Under the pieces are notes generated by a model. It saw nothing but the letters and a program-made list of their open reading frames with translations. It was not told where the DNA came from and searched no databases. A stretch of 64,000 bases of DNA from Candidatus Omnitrophota bacterium (GTDB lineage Bacteria > Omnitrophota > Gorgyraeia > Zapsychrales > Fredricksoniimonadaceae): the NCBI GenBank assembly GCA_903860135.1, contig CAIOPG010000004.1, positions 21,558-85,557 on the forward strand, in the 5' to 3' direction. Shown piece after piece: positions 9,573-20,474 of this stretch. Position 1 is the stretch's first letter. Every line of letters starts with the position of its first letter. Made by a program: the position numbers and the translations under genes.

Positions 9573-10258
9573 TTCTTCGGCCTGTAAAAAAGCTTCCACG
9601 GATTTGCCTTCAGATCCGCTGTCATTTCATCAAGGTTTTTAAAGATAACCGGGTCGCTCAAAAACTTCCCGACAGTCCCCTGCCCGTCTTTGATCGTCCC
9701 GGTTACCGCTGCTATATTGGCCAGCGATGCTCCGAGCGCGGCGGTATTGGCTGCTGTCAGGATGCCGGTATTGATGCCGTTCAACGTTGTTCCGATCTGA
9801 CTGCCCAGCGACCCTACTGTTTTCATCAGGCTTTCCATGGGCACCGGATCCTCGCCCGTTATCGCCGTACCCGGCGGCCAAAGGTCTGGTGAAGAACCAG
9901 GGATGATCTCGATGTACTTCTCGCCCAAAAGCCCCAGCTGGTTGATCATGAAATGCGAATCAACGGGGATGCTGTGCCCCGCCTCGATCCAGATATCGGC
10001 CACAACGGTCGTCACGCGCGTCGCCGGATCGAATCCGGCCTTGATGGCGCGGATATGCCCGGCATCCACACCGGCCAGGCGCACCGGTGCCCCTTTCTTG
10101 AGGCCGTCGGCATAACGGAACAACACCTGCCACGCATCGCCCTTCCTGAAGGCAGAAAAATCGCTGATCGAAAAAATGAACGCGGTCAGGCAGATCAGGG
10201 CCCCTGCCACAAACATCCCCACTTTGACTTCAAGGTTCGACGCACGCGGCATTGTCAA
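9569..10258 (-). CDS. mlaD: MCE-domain periplasmic protein MlaD-like
   Basis: N-terminal TM anchor plus MCE domain; follows ABC ATPase and permease genes. Confidence 0.8.
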   Translation of the reverse strand: MTMPRASNLEVKVGMFVAGALICLTAFIFSISDFSAFRKGDAWQVLFRYADGLKKGAPVRLAGVDAGHIRAIKAGFDPATRVTTVVADIWIEAGHSIPVDSHFMINQLGLLGEKYIEIIPGSSPDLWPPGTAITGEDPVPMESLMKTVGSLGSQIGTTLNGINTGILTAANTAALGASLANIAAVTGTIKDGQGTVGKFLSDPVIFKNLDEMTADLKANPWKLFYRPKK

Positions 10259-10263
10259 TCTCC

Positions 10264-11037
10264 TTATTTCACATGCCCGAATTTCAGGCTTTCATCATCC
10301 GTGATCGGGCCTTCAGCTTCACCGTTAATGAACTGGCGAACCACCGGATGCCGCGAAGACCGTATCTCATCAGGTGTCCCGTCGGCAATGACCTGCCCGT
10401 GATAGAACATCGCGATCGAATCCGCGACTTTATAGGCCGTATTCATGTCGTGCGTAACAACGATCGATGTCACTTTCAGCCGGTCCCGCACCCCGATGAT
10501 CAGCTTCTGGATCGCATCAGCTGTGACCGGATCCACCTCGCTCGTCGGTTCATCGTACAAGATGATCTCCGGCTGCATGCACAGCACCCGCGCCAGGCTG
10601 ATGCGCTTGCGCATGCCCCCTGACAACTGGGACGGCATCATGTCCTCGATACCGCTTAACCCCACCAACGACAGCGTATGCGCCACCCTGGCACGCTTTT
10701 CAGCCTCCGTGAGGGCCGTGAACTCATCGAGCACAAACCCCACATTCTCCCCCACATCAAACGAATCAAACAGCGCTCCGTTCTGGAATACCAGCCCGAT
10801 ATGCCGGCGCGCCCTGTTAACCTCAGCCGCCGACGCCTTGGTGACATCGACCCCGCCGATCCGTATGCAACCGCCTTCGGGCTGAATGATCCCGACAATG
10901 CTTTTTAAGAGCACGCTCTTGCCCGCCCCCGAACGGCCGATAACAACCTTCGTCTCACCTGCGCGGACATGCAGGTTCAGTCCGTTGAGGACATGCACTT
11001 TATTGAACGTTTTATAAAGGTCAATGATCTCTATCAT
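10264..11037 (-). CDS. mlaF: ABC transporter ATP-binding protein MlaF-like
   Basis: Walker A GRSGAGKS, signature LSGGMRKR, Walker B ILYDEPTS. Confidence 0.85.
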   Translation of the reverse strand: MIEIIDLYKTFNKVHVLNGLNLHVRAGETKVVIGRSGAGKSVLLKSIVGIIQPEGGCIRIGGVDVTKASAAEVNRARRHIGLVFQNGALFDSFDVGENVGFVLDEFTALTEAEKRARVAHTLSLVGLSGIEDMMPSQLSGGMRKRISLARVLCMQPEIILYDEPTSEVDPVTADAIQKLIIGVRDRLKVTSIVVTHDMNTAYKVADSIAMFYHGQVIADGTPDEIRSSRHPVVRQFINGEAEGPITDDESLKFGHVK

Positions 11038-11843
11038 CAGGCATTGAACAGAAAATAAAAGATGAAGGTAAACAAACAGTCGAACATCAGGATCAGGACA
11101 AAAGACCGCACCACCGACATGGTCGTGGCCTGGCCAACCCCGTCAGCCCCGCCTTTGACATTAAACCCTTCCAGGCACCCGACCGCCGCGATGATCATGC
11201 CGAAAAACACGGTCTTGGCAAGCCCTGTCACGATATCCTTGACTGCCAAGGAGCTGATCACCATCGTCCAGTACATGTGCGCACTGATCGCCAGCTTGAA
11301 ATGGCAGACCAGGAACCCGCCAAATATCCCGACGAGCACCGCGAAGATCGTAAGCACCGGCAGCATCAAGGCCAGTGACAGAAAGCGCGGCACAACCAGA
11401 TACCTGACCGGATCAACCGCAAACGCCCTGAGGGCATCGATCTGTTCCGTGACAACCATGGAACCGATCTCGGCCGTAATGCCGGCACCGACGCGTCCGG
11501 CCACGATCAGCGCGGTCAAAACCGGCGCCAGTTCACGCGCCAAGGAAACCGCAATAATATTGGGGATGTAGATCTCTGCTGAAAGCTTGATCATGATATA
11601 CGCCAACTGCAAGGCGATGATCATCCCCACAAAGAGCGCCACCAGCGCCACGATCAGGAAACTGCCGGGGCCGGTACGCCAGGCCTGGGCCCAAAAACGG
11701 TACGCGTTAAACGGCGGCGTCAGTGCCGCGCGCACAACAACCCCCAGAAGCAGCGAAAGCTGCCCGGTATAACGTAAAAACCCGTTGACCGCCGCCGTGC
11801 AAGAAACCATCTTAGGCCACAAACGTGAGCTTATCATTCTCAC
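11037..11843 (-). CDS. mlaE: ABC transporter permease MlaE-like (alternative start near 11810 just after the clpC stop)
   Basis: Polytopic membrane protein of the MlaE/Ttg2B family, immediately upstream of mlaF with an ATGA overlap. Confidence 0.78.
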   Translation of the reverse strand: MRMISSRLWPKMVSCTAAVNGFLRYTGQLSLLLGVVVRAALTPPFNAYRFWAQAWRTGPGSFLIVALVALFVGMIIALQLAYIMIKLSAEIYIPNIIAVSLARELAPVLTALIVAGRVGAGITAEIGSMVVTEQIDALRAFAVDPVRYLVVPRFLSLALMLPVLTIFAVLVGIFGGFLVCHFKLAISAHMYWTMVISSLAVKDIVTGLAKTVFFGMIIAAVGCLEGFNVKGGADGVGQATTMSVVRSFVLILMFDCLFTFIFYFLFNA

Positions 11844-14253
11844 GCCTGACCGTGATCCTGCTGCCCGCTTTAAATGTCCCGGCGATCAGTGCCTCGGACA
11901 ATGGATCTTCCATATAACGCTGGATGGTCCTTTTTAAAGGACGCGCACCAAAAACCGGATCAAAACCTTTCTCAATGAGAAAATCGATCGCCTCCTGGTC
12001 GATATCGACCGTGAAACTTTTTTCCGCAAGCCGTTTGGACACCTCGGCGATCTCCAGCTGGATGATGCGCTGAAGATGCTCCTTGGTCAGGGACTTGAAG
12101 ACAATGCTGTCGTCGATACGGTTCAGGAACTCCGGCTTGAACTGACGCTTCACCTCGGCCAGGAGTTTCTCCTTCATTTTCTCATAGGTGTCTTCTTCGG
12201 AACGTGTGGCAAAACCCAGCGACCCCTGCTTACGGATCATGTCCACACCGATATTGGACGTCATGATGATGATTGTATTGCGGAAATCGACCGTACGGCC
12301 GAGGCTGTCTGTAAGGCGACCCTCTTCAAAGACCTGCAAGAGGATATTAAACACATCCGCATGCGCCTTCTCGATCTCATCAAGGAGGATCACGGAATAC
12401 GGCCGGCGGCGGACCTTCTCGGTCAGCTGGCCGCCTTCTTCATAACCCACATACCCCGGCGGAGCGCCCACAAGGCGCGACACATTGTACTTGTCCATGT
12501 ACTCGGACATATCGATCTGGATCAGCGCTTTTTCATCCCCGAACATGAATTCTGAAAGCTCCCGTGCCAGTAACGTTTTTCCAACCCCTGTCGGCCCCAG
12601 AAAAATGAAAGACCCGATAGGCCGGCGCGGATTCTTGATCCCGGCGCGTGAACGGCGCACGGCACGGGCAATGGCATTGATCGCCTCGGTCTGCCCGATC
12701 ACTTCCTTGTCCAGGTGCTGTTCCATGTTCAGCAAACGCTCGCTCTCTTTTTCTTCAAGGCGAATGAGCGGCACGCCGGTCCACTGGGAAACAACCCGGG
12801 CAATATCTTCCTCGTTGATCGTCAACGACACACTGTCACGCCCGGCAACCCATTCAACACGGCGCTTTTCGAGGGCATCGCGCACCGTACGCTCCTGATC
12901 GCGCAGGCTCGCCGCTTTCTCGAAATCCTGACGCTTGATGAAACTTTCCTTCTCCTGGCGCAGCTTCTCGATATCCTCTTCCATCTGTTTGATATCCACC
13001 GGTGCCACCATGGCCTTGAGGCGCGCGCAGGCGCCTGCCTCGTCGATGATATCCACCGCCTTGTCCGGGAGGAAACGCCCGGAGATATAACGGTCGGACA
13101 ATTTCGCCGCCGCCTCGAGCGAAACGTCGGAATACTTGACGCGGTGATGCGCTTCATACTTGTCGCGCAAACCCTTAAGGATCTGGATCGTTTCATCCAC
13201 CGATGGCGGAAGAACCATGATCGTCTGAAAACGCCGCTCGAGCGCGGCATCTTTCTCAATGTTCTTGCGGTACTCGTCGAGCGTTGTGGCACCGATGCAC
13301 TGGATCTCGCCGCGCGCTAACGCCGGCTTTAAAATATTGGCCGCATCGATAGCCCCCTCGGCCGCCCCTGCCCCTACGAGAGTATGAATTTCGTCAATGA
13401 AAAGGATCAGCTTGCCGTTGCGCTTCAGTTCTTCCATGACCGCCTTGATGCGCTCTTCAAACTGCCCGCGGTATTTGGTGCCCGCGATCATCATGGCAAG
13501 GTCAAGGACAACGATCGTTTTCTCACGCAAGATCTCCGGGACATCACAGGCCACGATGAGCTGGGCCAATCCCTCGACGATCGCCGTCTTGCCGATACCC
13601 GCTTCACCAAGCAGGACCGGATTGTTCTTGGTACGGCGGGAAAGGACCTGGATCACGCGCTCGATCTCGTTCTTGCGCCCGATGACAGGATCAAGCTTGC
13701 CTTCTTTGGCCTGCTTGTTGAGATTGCGTCCGTAGGCGTCAATGGCAGGCGTCTTGCTGGCAGGTTTTCCGGCCTGCTCCGGTGGCTGTTGCGGCTGCTG
13801 ACCGTAACCGGGAATGCCGTTGCCCAGAAGTTCCATAACTTCATTGCGCAGTTTTCCAAGGTCAAGCCCGAGATTCAACAGCACCCGATAGGCCATCCCC
13901 TCGCCTTCCTTGACAAGGCCCAGGAGCAGATGTTCAGTCCCGATATAATTGTGACCAAGGGCGCGCGCTTCCTCGGCGGCCAACTCCAGCGCTTTCTTGG
14001 ACCGCGGCGTGAACGGAATATCCCCGACAACCTGCGTCTGCGGCCCAGGCTGGACCAGTTTCTCGACCTCGATGCGGATAGCTTCCAGGTCAACCCCCAG
14101 CTTCTGCAAGACCGACGCGGCGACCCCTTCCCCCTCACGGATCAATCCGAGCAATAAATGTTCGGTACCAATATAATCATGATTAAAACGACGGGCCTCT
14201 TCCTTGGCGAAAACAATGACCTTGCGTGCGCGCTCCGTAAAACGATTGAACAT
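11812..14253 (-). CDS. clpC: ATP-dependent Clp protease ATP-binding subunit ClpC
   Basis: 813 aa. Two Clp_N repeats, two AAA+ modules ([16 protein letters not shown]), UVR motif between D1 and D2. Lies downstream of mcsA-mcsB. Confidence 0.93.
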   Translation of the reverse strand: MFNRFTERARKVIVFAKEEARRFNHDYIGTEHLLLGLIREGEGVAASVLQKLGVDLEAIRIEVEKLVQPGPQTQVVGDIPFTPRSKKALELAAEEARALGHNYIGTEHLLLGLVKEGEGMAYRVLLNLGLDLGKLRNEVMELLGNGIPGYGQQPQQPPEQAGKPASKTPAIDAYGRNLNKQAKEGKLDPVIGRKNEIERVIQVLSRRTKNNPVLLGEAGIGKTAIVEGLAQLIVACDVPEILREKTIVVLDLAMMIAGTKYRGQFEERIKAVMEELKRNGKLILFIDEIHTLVGAGAAEGAIDAANILKPALARGEIQCIGATTLDEYRKNIEKDAALERRFQTIMVLPPSVDETIQILKGLRDKYEAHHRVKYSDVSLEAAAKLSDRYISGRFLPDKAVDIIDEAGACARLKAMVAPVDIKQMEEDIEKLRQEKESFIKRQDFEKAASLRDQERTVRDALEKRRVEWVAGRDSVSLTINEEDIARVVSQWTGVPLIRLEEKESERLLNMEQHLDKEVIGQTEAINAIARAVRRSRAGIKNPRRPIGSFIFLGPTGVGKTLLARELSEFMFGDEKALIQIDMSEYMDKYNVSRLVGAPPGYVGYEEGGQLTEKVRRRPYSVILLDEIEKAHADVFNILLQVFEEGRLTDSLGRTVDFRNTIIIMTSNIGVDMIRKQGSLGFATRSEEDTYEKMKEKLLAEVKRQFKPEFLNRIDDSIVFKSLTKEHLQRIIQLEIAEVSKRLAEKSFTVDIDQEAIDFLIEKGFDPVFGARPLKRTIQRYMEDPLSEALIAGTFKAGSRITVRRENDKLTFVA

Positions 14254-14291
14254 ATATCCTCCTCATCAAGAACTGCTTGGTGTGATAGGCC

Positions 14292-15344
14292 TTAAGCTGC
14301 CTGGAATTTCTCACGGATCAACTGGGCCCGCCGGATATCACGCTCGGCGGCTCCCAGTTTCTTGCCGTCGATCTTTTGCAAATGTGCCGGCTGGATCATG
14401 ATAAAAAGCTCATTGAGTGTTGTGGTGGCCAAAGCCGTGATGATACCGACATCAACCCCAAGCCTGACGATCGACAAAAGCTCGATCGTCTCCTGGCTGG
14501 AAATGATCCGCGCGCTTTTGAGGACCCCCCAGGCTCGCCAGATCTTGTCCTCAAGGGCGGAACGGTTTTGCACCAGAAGGGCCTGACGCGCCTGCTCCTC
14601 CTGCTCAATGATCTGACGGATCAAGCCGTTGATATTCTGGATAATATCCGTCTCGCTGTGCCCCAGCGATACCTGATTGGATATCTGATAAAAATTACCA
14701 ATGGCCTGGGTGCCCTCGCCGTAAAAACCGCGCGACGCAAAACTCAGCTTCGCGATCGCCGCTAAAACCTTGTTGATCTGGCGGGTCATGACCAACGCCG
14801 GCAGATGCATCATGACAGATCCGCGCATCGCCGTCCCCGTGTTGGTCGGGCAGGCGGTCAGGAAGCCCCACTCCGGCGAGAAAGCATAAGGCAACTGCTC
14901 TGAAAGCGCATTGTCGACCGCATTCATGATCTCCCACGTCCCGTCGAGGTTAAAGCCGGATTGCATCACCTGTATGCGCAGGTGATCCTCTTCATTGACC
15001 ATCACCGACAGCGCCTCTTCGGGGCTCACGATCACAGCCTTGCCCTGGGGACTGGCCGCATGGTCATGGCTCATCAGATGCCGCTCGACAAGGAACTGAC
15101 GGCCCACGTTATCAAGCTCGTTCAGGCGAAAGAAAACAGATCCCTTGAACTGGTCAATAGAGCCGATGGCTGTTTCGACAGCTTTCAGTACCGCCTCCAT
15201 ATCCTTCTTGCCCGCCTTGTTGGTGAAAGGTGCCAGCGTCAGGTTCCTCGCCAGGCGGATGCGTGAAGAAAGCACAATATGCCCGAAGGGGCCTGTCCCC
15301 TTCAACCATTCCCCGGTGTGATGTATCAGGTCATTGAGCTCCAT
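14292..15344 (-). CDS. mcsB: Protein-arginine kinase McsB
   Basis: ATP:guanido phosphotransferase catalytic domain with CPTNTGT...MRGS motif. Confidence 0.85.
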   Translation of the reverse strand: MELNDLIHHTGEWLKGTGPFGHIVLSSRIRLARNLTLAPFTNKAGKKDMEAVLKAVETAIGSIDQFKGSVFFRLNELDNVGRQFLVERHLMSHDHAASPQGKAVIVSPEEALSVMVNEEDHLRIQVMQSGFNLDGTWEIMNAVDNALSEQLPYAFSPEWGFLTACPTNTGTAMRGSVMMHLPALVMTRQINKVLAAIAKLSFASRGFYGEGTQAIGNFYQISNQVSLGHSETDIIQNINGLIRQIIEQEEQARQALLVQNRSALEDKIWRAWGVLKSARIISSQETIELLSIVRLGVDVGIITALATTTLNELFIMIQPAHLQKIDGKKLGAAERDIRRAQLIREKFQAA

Positions 15345-15347
15345 GGG

Positions 15348-15884
15348 TCAAGACCTCCCTTCCATGCCGTAGATCTTGTCACGCAAAGAAGCTGCCTGTT
15401 CAAAATCCTCGTGCACGATCGCCGCCTGCAACTTGGCACGCAAAGACTCAACAGTATCTTCCTGTGGTGGCGGCGCAACATCACCCGGCAAGGAGGGCTG
15501 AGGCACGGCAACCAAGGATATTTCCCGAGACGGGCGTTTGCCCAGATGAACACTCGCCCCGTGGATCTTTTTCAAAAGTGCCTTGAGCTGGGCCTTGAAC
15601 GCGACATAACACTGCGCGCACCCAAAACGCCCGAACTTGCGAAAATCCTCATACGTCAAGCCGCACGCGGCACACTTGAGCACGGACACCGCCTGCTGGA
15701 CATCAGGCACATGTTTGCCAAAATCCGTCAACCCCGCCAGGAGATCCGCGAGGCCAAACTGCTGTTCCATCTGCTGGCTCTGCGCACGGGCACAATCCTC
15801 GCACAGATGCATTTCCATGACCTTGCCGTCGATGATCTCGGTCAGGTGAACAGTGGCTTTCTTGGTGCATTTATTGCATTTCAT
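15348..15884 (-). CDS. mcsA: McsA (protein-arginine kinase activator; zinc-finger/UVR protein)
   Basis: KCNKCTKKATVHLTEIIDGKVMEMHLCEDCA ... CAACG...GRFGCAQCY ... FEQAASLRDKI. This aligns in order with B. subtilis McsA zinc fingers and C-terminal UVR-like motif. Start set at MKCNKC. Confidence 0.8.
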   Translation of the reverse strand: MKCNKCTKKATVHLTEIIDGKVMEMHLCEDCARAQSQQMEQQFGLADLLAGLTDFGKHVPDVQQAVSVLKCAACGLTYEDFRKFGRFGCAQCYVAFKAQLKALLKKIHGASVHLGKRPSREISLVAVPQPSLPGDVAPPPQEDTVESLRAKLQAAIVHEDFEQAASLRDKIYGMEGRS

Positions 15885-15932
15885 CGCTGTCAACGGAGCC
15901 CGGAAAATCCAGCGCCCCGCTCCTGACACAGG

Positions 15933-16805
15933 TTAAAATTTCACGCCATCCTTGCGCACCGCCTGCTGAAATAATCCCAAAAGCCTGAGCGTAACCGGCC
16001 CGGGTTTACCCGATCCGATCACACGGCCGTCGATCTTGACGACCGGGATCAACTCCGCCGCGGTGCCTGTCAGGAAAACCTCTTCGGCATTGTAAAACTC
16101 ATGCCGGGTGATCAACGCCTCCTGCACATCCAGTTTTAAAACATCCGCCGCCAGCTCCATGACCGCATCGCGCGTGATCCCCCGCAGCCGCCCCTGTACC
16201 GGCGTCTTCAACATACCGCCCTTGACCATGAAAATATTGTCGCCCGTGCACTCGGCCACATAACCACTGCCGTCGAGCATGATCGCTTCGGGCACCCCCG
16301 CATTATTCGCCTCGATCTTGGCGAGGACATTGTTCAAATAATTAAGCGACTTGAGCTGCGGATTGATCGCCTCGGGATGATTGCGCACCGTCGGCACGGT
16401 CACGATCGTCAAACCGGCTTTGTAAAATTCCTCGGGATACAAGGTGATATTGTCGGCGATGATAATGATATTGGCAGAGCCGCGGCATTTGCGCGGGTCA
16501 AGGCCTAGATCCCCGTCGCCGCGCGTCACGACCAGGCGAACATAAGCATCGGTCAGGTTGTTCGCCTTAAGCGTTGCCACGACCGCCTCGATCATCTCCT
16601 GTTTGGTCAACCCTGTATTGATAAGCAAGGTATGGCACGTTTCATACAGCCGGTCAATGTGCTGGGCCAGGCGGAAAACCACACTGCCATAAGCACGGAT
16701 CCCCTCAAAAGCACCATCACCATACAAAAGCCCGTGGTCATAGACCGACACTTTCGCATCTTCCCTGGCCACCAGTTTTCCATTCAGATAAATCTTGAGC
16801 GACAT
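15933..16805 (-). CDS. ilvE: Branched-chain amino acid aminotransferase (class IV PLP enzyme)
   Basis: Class IV aminotransferase fold motifs ([12 protein letters not shown], ...[10 protein letters not shown]). Start set at MSLKIYLNG. Confidence 0.85.
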   Translation of the reverse strand: MSLKIYLNGKLVAREDAKVSVYDHGLLYGDGAFEGIRAYGSVVFRLAQHIDRLYETCHTLLINTGLTKQEMIEAVVATLKANNLTDAYVRLVVTRGDGDLGLDPRKCRGSANIIIIADNITLYPEEFYKAGLTIVTVPTVRNHPEAINPQLKSLNYLNNVLAKIEANNAGVPEAIMLDGSGYVAECTGDNIFMVKGGMLKTPVQGRLRGITRDAVMELAADVLKLDVQEALITRHEFYNAEEVFLTGTAAELIPVVKIDGRVIGSGKPGPVTLRLLGLFQQAVRKDGVKF

Positions 16806-16863
16806 ACGAAACACCCCTTGTTTTGAGTGATGATTATAAGCGCGAAGCCCTTTTATGGGCAGA

Positions 16864-17541
16864 CTATTTAACTTTTGTGAGCAAGCCGTCCCGCATATGG
16901 ACAATGCGCCCGCAACGGGCCGCCACCGCCTCGTCATGCGTCACAATAACGACCGCCTGGCCGTCGGTGTGTATGCCGAGGATAATGTCGATCACGTTGG
17001 CTCCCGAGGCCGAATCAAGATTCCCGGTCGGCTCATCGCACAAAAGCACCCGCGGCCTGTTGATAACCGCCCGCGCAATGGCCACGCGCTGCTGCTCTCC
17101 GCCTGAAAGCTGGCTCGGCTTGTGCGACGCGCGCTCGGCCAAGCCGACCCGCGCCAGTGCCGCCCGCCCGGCCTCTTCGAGCGCACCTATCCGGCCACGC
17201 CCCTGACGGACAAACGCCGGCAGGAGGACATTCTCAAGGGCCGTGAATTCCGGCAATAAATGATAAAACTGGAACACAAACCCTATATCGCGATTACGCA
17301 AGGCCACCCGCCCCGCATCACCGGCCGCATAAAGATCCTGGCCGCCCAACAGCACCGCTCCGGCATCGGGTGCATCGAGCCCGCCGAGCACATGCAACAA
17401 GGTCGACTTACCCGCCCCCGAAGGGCCGACGATCGCCACCGACGCGCCTTCAGCGACTTCAAGCCCGACCCCACGCAAGACATCAACGCGCTTTTGCGTG
17501 TCCGTGTAAGACTTGTGAATGTTTTCCGCCTTTAAGAGCAT
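16864..17541 (-). CDS. lolD: Lipoprotein-releasing system ATP-binding protein LolD
   Basis: ABC ATPase, [11 protein letters not shown] Walker [15 protein letters not shown] signature; directly downstream of the FtsX-family permease. Confidence 0.85.
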   Translation of the reverse strand: MLLKAENIHKSYTDTQKRVDVLRGVGLEVAEGASVAIVGPSGAGKSTLLHVLGGLDAPDAGAVLLGGQDLYAAGDAGRVALRNRDIGFVFQFYHLLPEFTALENVLLPAFVRQGRGRIGALEEAGRAALARVGLAERASHKPSQLSGGEQQRVAIARAVINRPRVLLCDEPTGNLDSASGANVIDIILGIHTDGQAVVIVTHDEAVAARCGRIVHMRDGLLTKVK

Positions 17542-18744
17542 TTACTGGTACCTCAAGGCTTCAACCGGTTCGAGTGACGCCGCCCGCGCTGACGGATAAA
17601 GGGTCGCCAGATAACTGATCAGCATGGCACTCGCCGTAATGGCAAAGACATCACTGAACTGGATCAACACCGGTAAATGGTCAATGTAATAAACCGTCTG
17701 CGGCAACTTGATGAGCTCTGTTTCTTTCAGGATAAAGCAAAGCCCCATCCCGCCGCCAAGCCCCAGCAGGGTGCCGAATGTCCCGATGGTGAGGCCGTAG
17801 ATCGTGAAGATCCGCCGGATCGACGCCGCAGGAACTCCGACCGCCTTCAAAATTCCGATATCTTTGGTCTTGGTGGTCACCGTCACAATAAGCGTGCTGA
17901 TGATGTTAAACGACGCCACCAGCACGATCAGGATCAGGATAACGAACATCGCTACTTTTTCCAGCTTGAGCGCCGCAAAGAAATTCACATTCTGCTCGAT
18001 CCAGGTCCGCACCACATAACTGAACCCGATCTGTTTGACGATCGCCTCTTTGACCGCTGGCGCCGCATCCACATCATCAAGTTTAACCGCGATCCCCGAC
18101 ACCAGTTCCGGCGGAAGGCTGAAGATTTCCTGGGCCTTCCTGTAATGGACAAAGATCAAATTGCGATCATAATCATACATACCCGAATCAAAGATAGCCG
18201 CCACTTTCAGTTTATACCGCCACCCCGCGCCCGCCACACCTGACACCGGCGAAAGGAGTGCGATCATATCGCCCGGCTTCAGATCATAATACCGCGCCAA
18301 TTCCCGCCCGATAATGACATCATCCTTGCCAAGCTGGGCCACCGCATAGTCATCTTGCAGATAGGCATTGATCCGCGTCACAACGCCTTCGGCCGCTGGG
18401 TCAACGCCGCGCAGTAAAAGCCCCGAAGCCCGACTGCCGTATTCGAGGAACACATTGCCATTGATAAACGGTGCCGCCGCCGCAACGCCCTTGACCTGCC
18501 TGATCTTCACCGCCAGTGCCGCATAATCCTTGATACCGGATTCCCGGTCAACCACAATATGCGCGGTCGTCCCGACAATTTTCTCCTTCAGGTCATGATC
18601 AAACCCCGTCATGACCCCGATCACGACGATCAAGGCCGCCACCCCGATAGCGATCCCCAGGATCGACACCCAGTTGATGAGCAAAAGGAACTTGTCCTTT
18701 TTGGCGATCAGGTACCTGTAGGCGATCCAAAATTCATAGGGCAT
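17542..18744 (-). CDS. lolC: Lipoprotein-releasing system permease LolC/LolE (FtsX family)
   Basis: 400 aa. N-terminal TM, MacB-like periplasmic domain, C-terminal FtsX 3-TM bundle. Confidence 0.82.
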   Translation of the reverse strand: MPYEFWIAYRYLIAKKDKFLLLINWVSILGIAIGVAALIVVIGVMTGFDHDLKEKIVGTTAHIVVDRESGIKDYAALAVKIRQVKGVAAAAPFINGNVFLEYGSRASGLLLRGVDPAAEGVVTRINAYLQDDYAVAQLGKDDVIIGRELARYYDLKPGDMIALLSPVSGVAGAGWRYKLKVAAIFDSGMYDYDRNLIFVHYRKAQEIFSLPPELVSGIAVKLDDVDAAPAVKEAIVKQIGFSYVVRTWIEQNVNFFAALKLEKVAMFVILILIVLVASFNIISTLIVTVTTKTKDIGILKAVGVPAASIRRIFTIYGLTIGTFGTLLGLGGGMGLCFILKETELIKLPQTVYYIDHLPVLIQFSDVFAITASAMLISYLATLYPSARAASLEPVEALRYQ

Positions 18745-18753
18745 AGTTAACGG

Positions 18754-20196
18754 TTATTCTATTGGTTTCATTAATGGAAACAAAATAACATCCCGGATAC
18801 ACGCTGAATCTGTCAACAGCATGACCAAGCGGTCAATGCCGATGCCCAAACCGCCCGCCGGTGGCATGCCGTATTCGAGCGCCCGCACAAAATCTTCATC
18901 GATATTGCGCAGGCCCGTTTCGGTATCATCCTGAAGGTCTTCGAGCAAGCGCTCACGTTGTTCCGCCGGATCATTCAACTCGGAATACGCATTGCCCACT
19001 TCCATGCCGGCAATAAAGAATTCAAACCGCTTCGACAACGCCGGATTCGCCGGATCGGTCTTGGCCAGCGGGCACAGGAAGGTGAAATAATCCGTAAAGA
19101 ACACCGGGTCCATCGTTGCATCCTCATCAAGAACTTCCTCGACGATCTTCATGATCGCCGATTTGGTCAGCTTCGCCACCTTATAATTTCCCGGGCGTTT
19201 GGCCTTGACCTTGTCAAGCATCACCACCGCAGAATCGTCAGGATTAATATCGAATTTGTCTTTCACAAGCCCGGCGAAACTCACCCGCTTCCATGGCGTC
19301 GTAAAATCAATGATATGCCCCTGGTACGGCACCTTGTAATCACCCGTAACCTCTTTGGCCAGCGTGCTCACCAGCGTCTCGGTGATATGCATCATGTCCT
19401 GCATATCGCCGTAGGCCTGATAAAGCTCGAGCATGGTGAACTCAGGATTATGCCGCGTCGATACGCCTTCATTGCGAAAATTGCGGTTGATCTCATACAC
19501 GCGTTCCAGCCCGCCAACAAGCAGGCGCTTCAGATAAAGCTCCGGCGCAATGCGCAGGAACACATCCATGTCATAAGCATTATGCTTCGACTGAAACGGC
19601 CGCCCGCGCGCCCCGCCTGCCTGGGTCTGCAACATGGGCGTTTCAACCTCGATGAAGCCTTGGGTATCCAGAAAATTACGGATCCGCGATACAATCCGAC
19701 TGCGGCGGATAAAGACATCGCGCACACTGTCACTGGCGATCAAGTCCACATAACGCTGGCGGTAACGGATATCAATATCCTTCAACCCATGCCATTTATC
19801 CGGCAGTGTTGCCAGCGATTTCGACAGGACCGTCAGCTTCTCGACGCGCAAACTCTGCTGACCCATCTTCGTCGTAAAAAGCACACCTTCGACACCAATG
19901 ATATCGCCGATATCGATCAGCTTAAATACCGCCCACTGTTCCCCCAGCACCGCTTCTTTAAAAAACAACTGCATCCGCCCCGTGCGGTCCATCAGGTCAC
20001 CGAAGAACACCTTCCCGTGATCACGCAACGCCATGAGCCGCCCCGCGAGCAAGGCATGCTTTTCTTCCGCAAATGCCGCGAGCACCTCGGCCACCGGCTC
20101 AACCCCATCAAACCGCCCGCCATAAGGCGCTATCCCTTTAGCCTTTAACGCATCCCGCTTGTCCATGCGAATTTTCTTGATCTCATCAACTTCCAC
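18754..20196 (-). CDS. lysS: Lysyl-tRNA synthetase (class II)
   Basis: OB-fold anticodon-binding N-terminus plus class II catalytic core motifs (FRNEG, ELNDP, GGLGIGIDRLVM). Confidence 0.93.
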   Translation of the reverse strand: MEVDEIKKIRMDKRDALKAKGIAPYGGRFDGVEPVAEVLAAFAEEKHALLAGRLMALRDHGKVFFGDLMDRTGRMQLFFKEAVLGEQWAVFKLIDIGDIIGVEGVLFTTKMGQQSLRVEKLTVLSKSLATLPDKWHGLKDIDIRYRQRYVDLIASDSVRDVFIRRSRIVSRIRNFLDTQGFIEVETPMLQTQAGGARGRPFQSKHNAYDMDVFLRIAPELYLKRLLVGGLERVYEINRNFRNEGVSTRHNPEFTMLELYQAYGDMQDMMHITETLVSTLAKEVTGDYKVPYQGHIIDFTTPWKRVSFAGLVKDKFDINPDDSAVVMLDKVKAKRPGNYKVAKLTKSAIMKIVEEVLDEDATMDPVFFTDYFTFLCPLAKTDPANPALSKRFEFFIAGMEVGNAYSELNDPAEQRERLLEDLQDDTETGLRNIDEDFVRALEYGMPPAGGLGIGIDRLVMLLTDSACIRDVILFPLMKPIE

Positions 20197-20373
20197 AAAC
20201 CCTGCCTCTTTATTAGATTAAGAATATAATTATTTAGAAGGGTTTATTATAAGGAAAATACAGGAGGGTGTCAAAGCGGTTTTTAAAACAGGTGATTGCT
20301 ACAAATCGCGGGCAGGGAAAGGGTTTTAAGCGAAAGATGCGGACACGCTGTTTTAACCCTTCAAAACCTTGAA

Positions 20374-20396
20374 AAACCGGGACACATTATTTTGAC
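20374..20396. repeat. 23-bp direct repeat, left flank of the AT-rich TA-like islet
   Basis: aaaccgggacacattattttgac vs aaaccgggacacactacttttcc at 21265-21287 (19/23 identical, same orientation). Confidence 0.65.
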
Positions 20397-20474
20397 TGTG
20401 GCCTAAAAGGGCGCAATGTTATTCCATTTAACAAATAAAAATGAACATGAAATGCCTTGTGGTATACTTAAATA

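Noticed and set aside
13384-14157. 257-aa plus-strand ORF inside clpC
   Set aside because: Antisense to the ClpC AAA+ D1 domain. No family signal.
18958-20148. 396-aa plus-strand ORF
   Set aside because: Entirely antisense to lysS, whose product has unmistakable class II LysRS motifs. Arg/His-rich composition is typical of antisense frames in GC-rich DNA.
20197-20474. Possible HicA toxin partner or sRNA in the lysS-hicB-like intergenic region
   Set aside because: No ORF with the HicA dsRBD-like signature (G.H....HP) is present in any frame. Recurring gttttaa-type motifs were noted but are too short to call a structured RNA.
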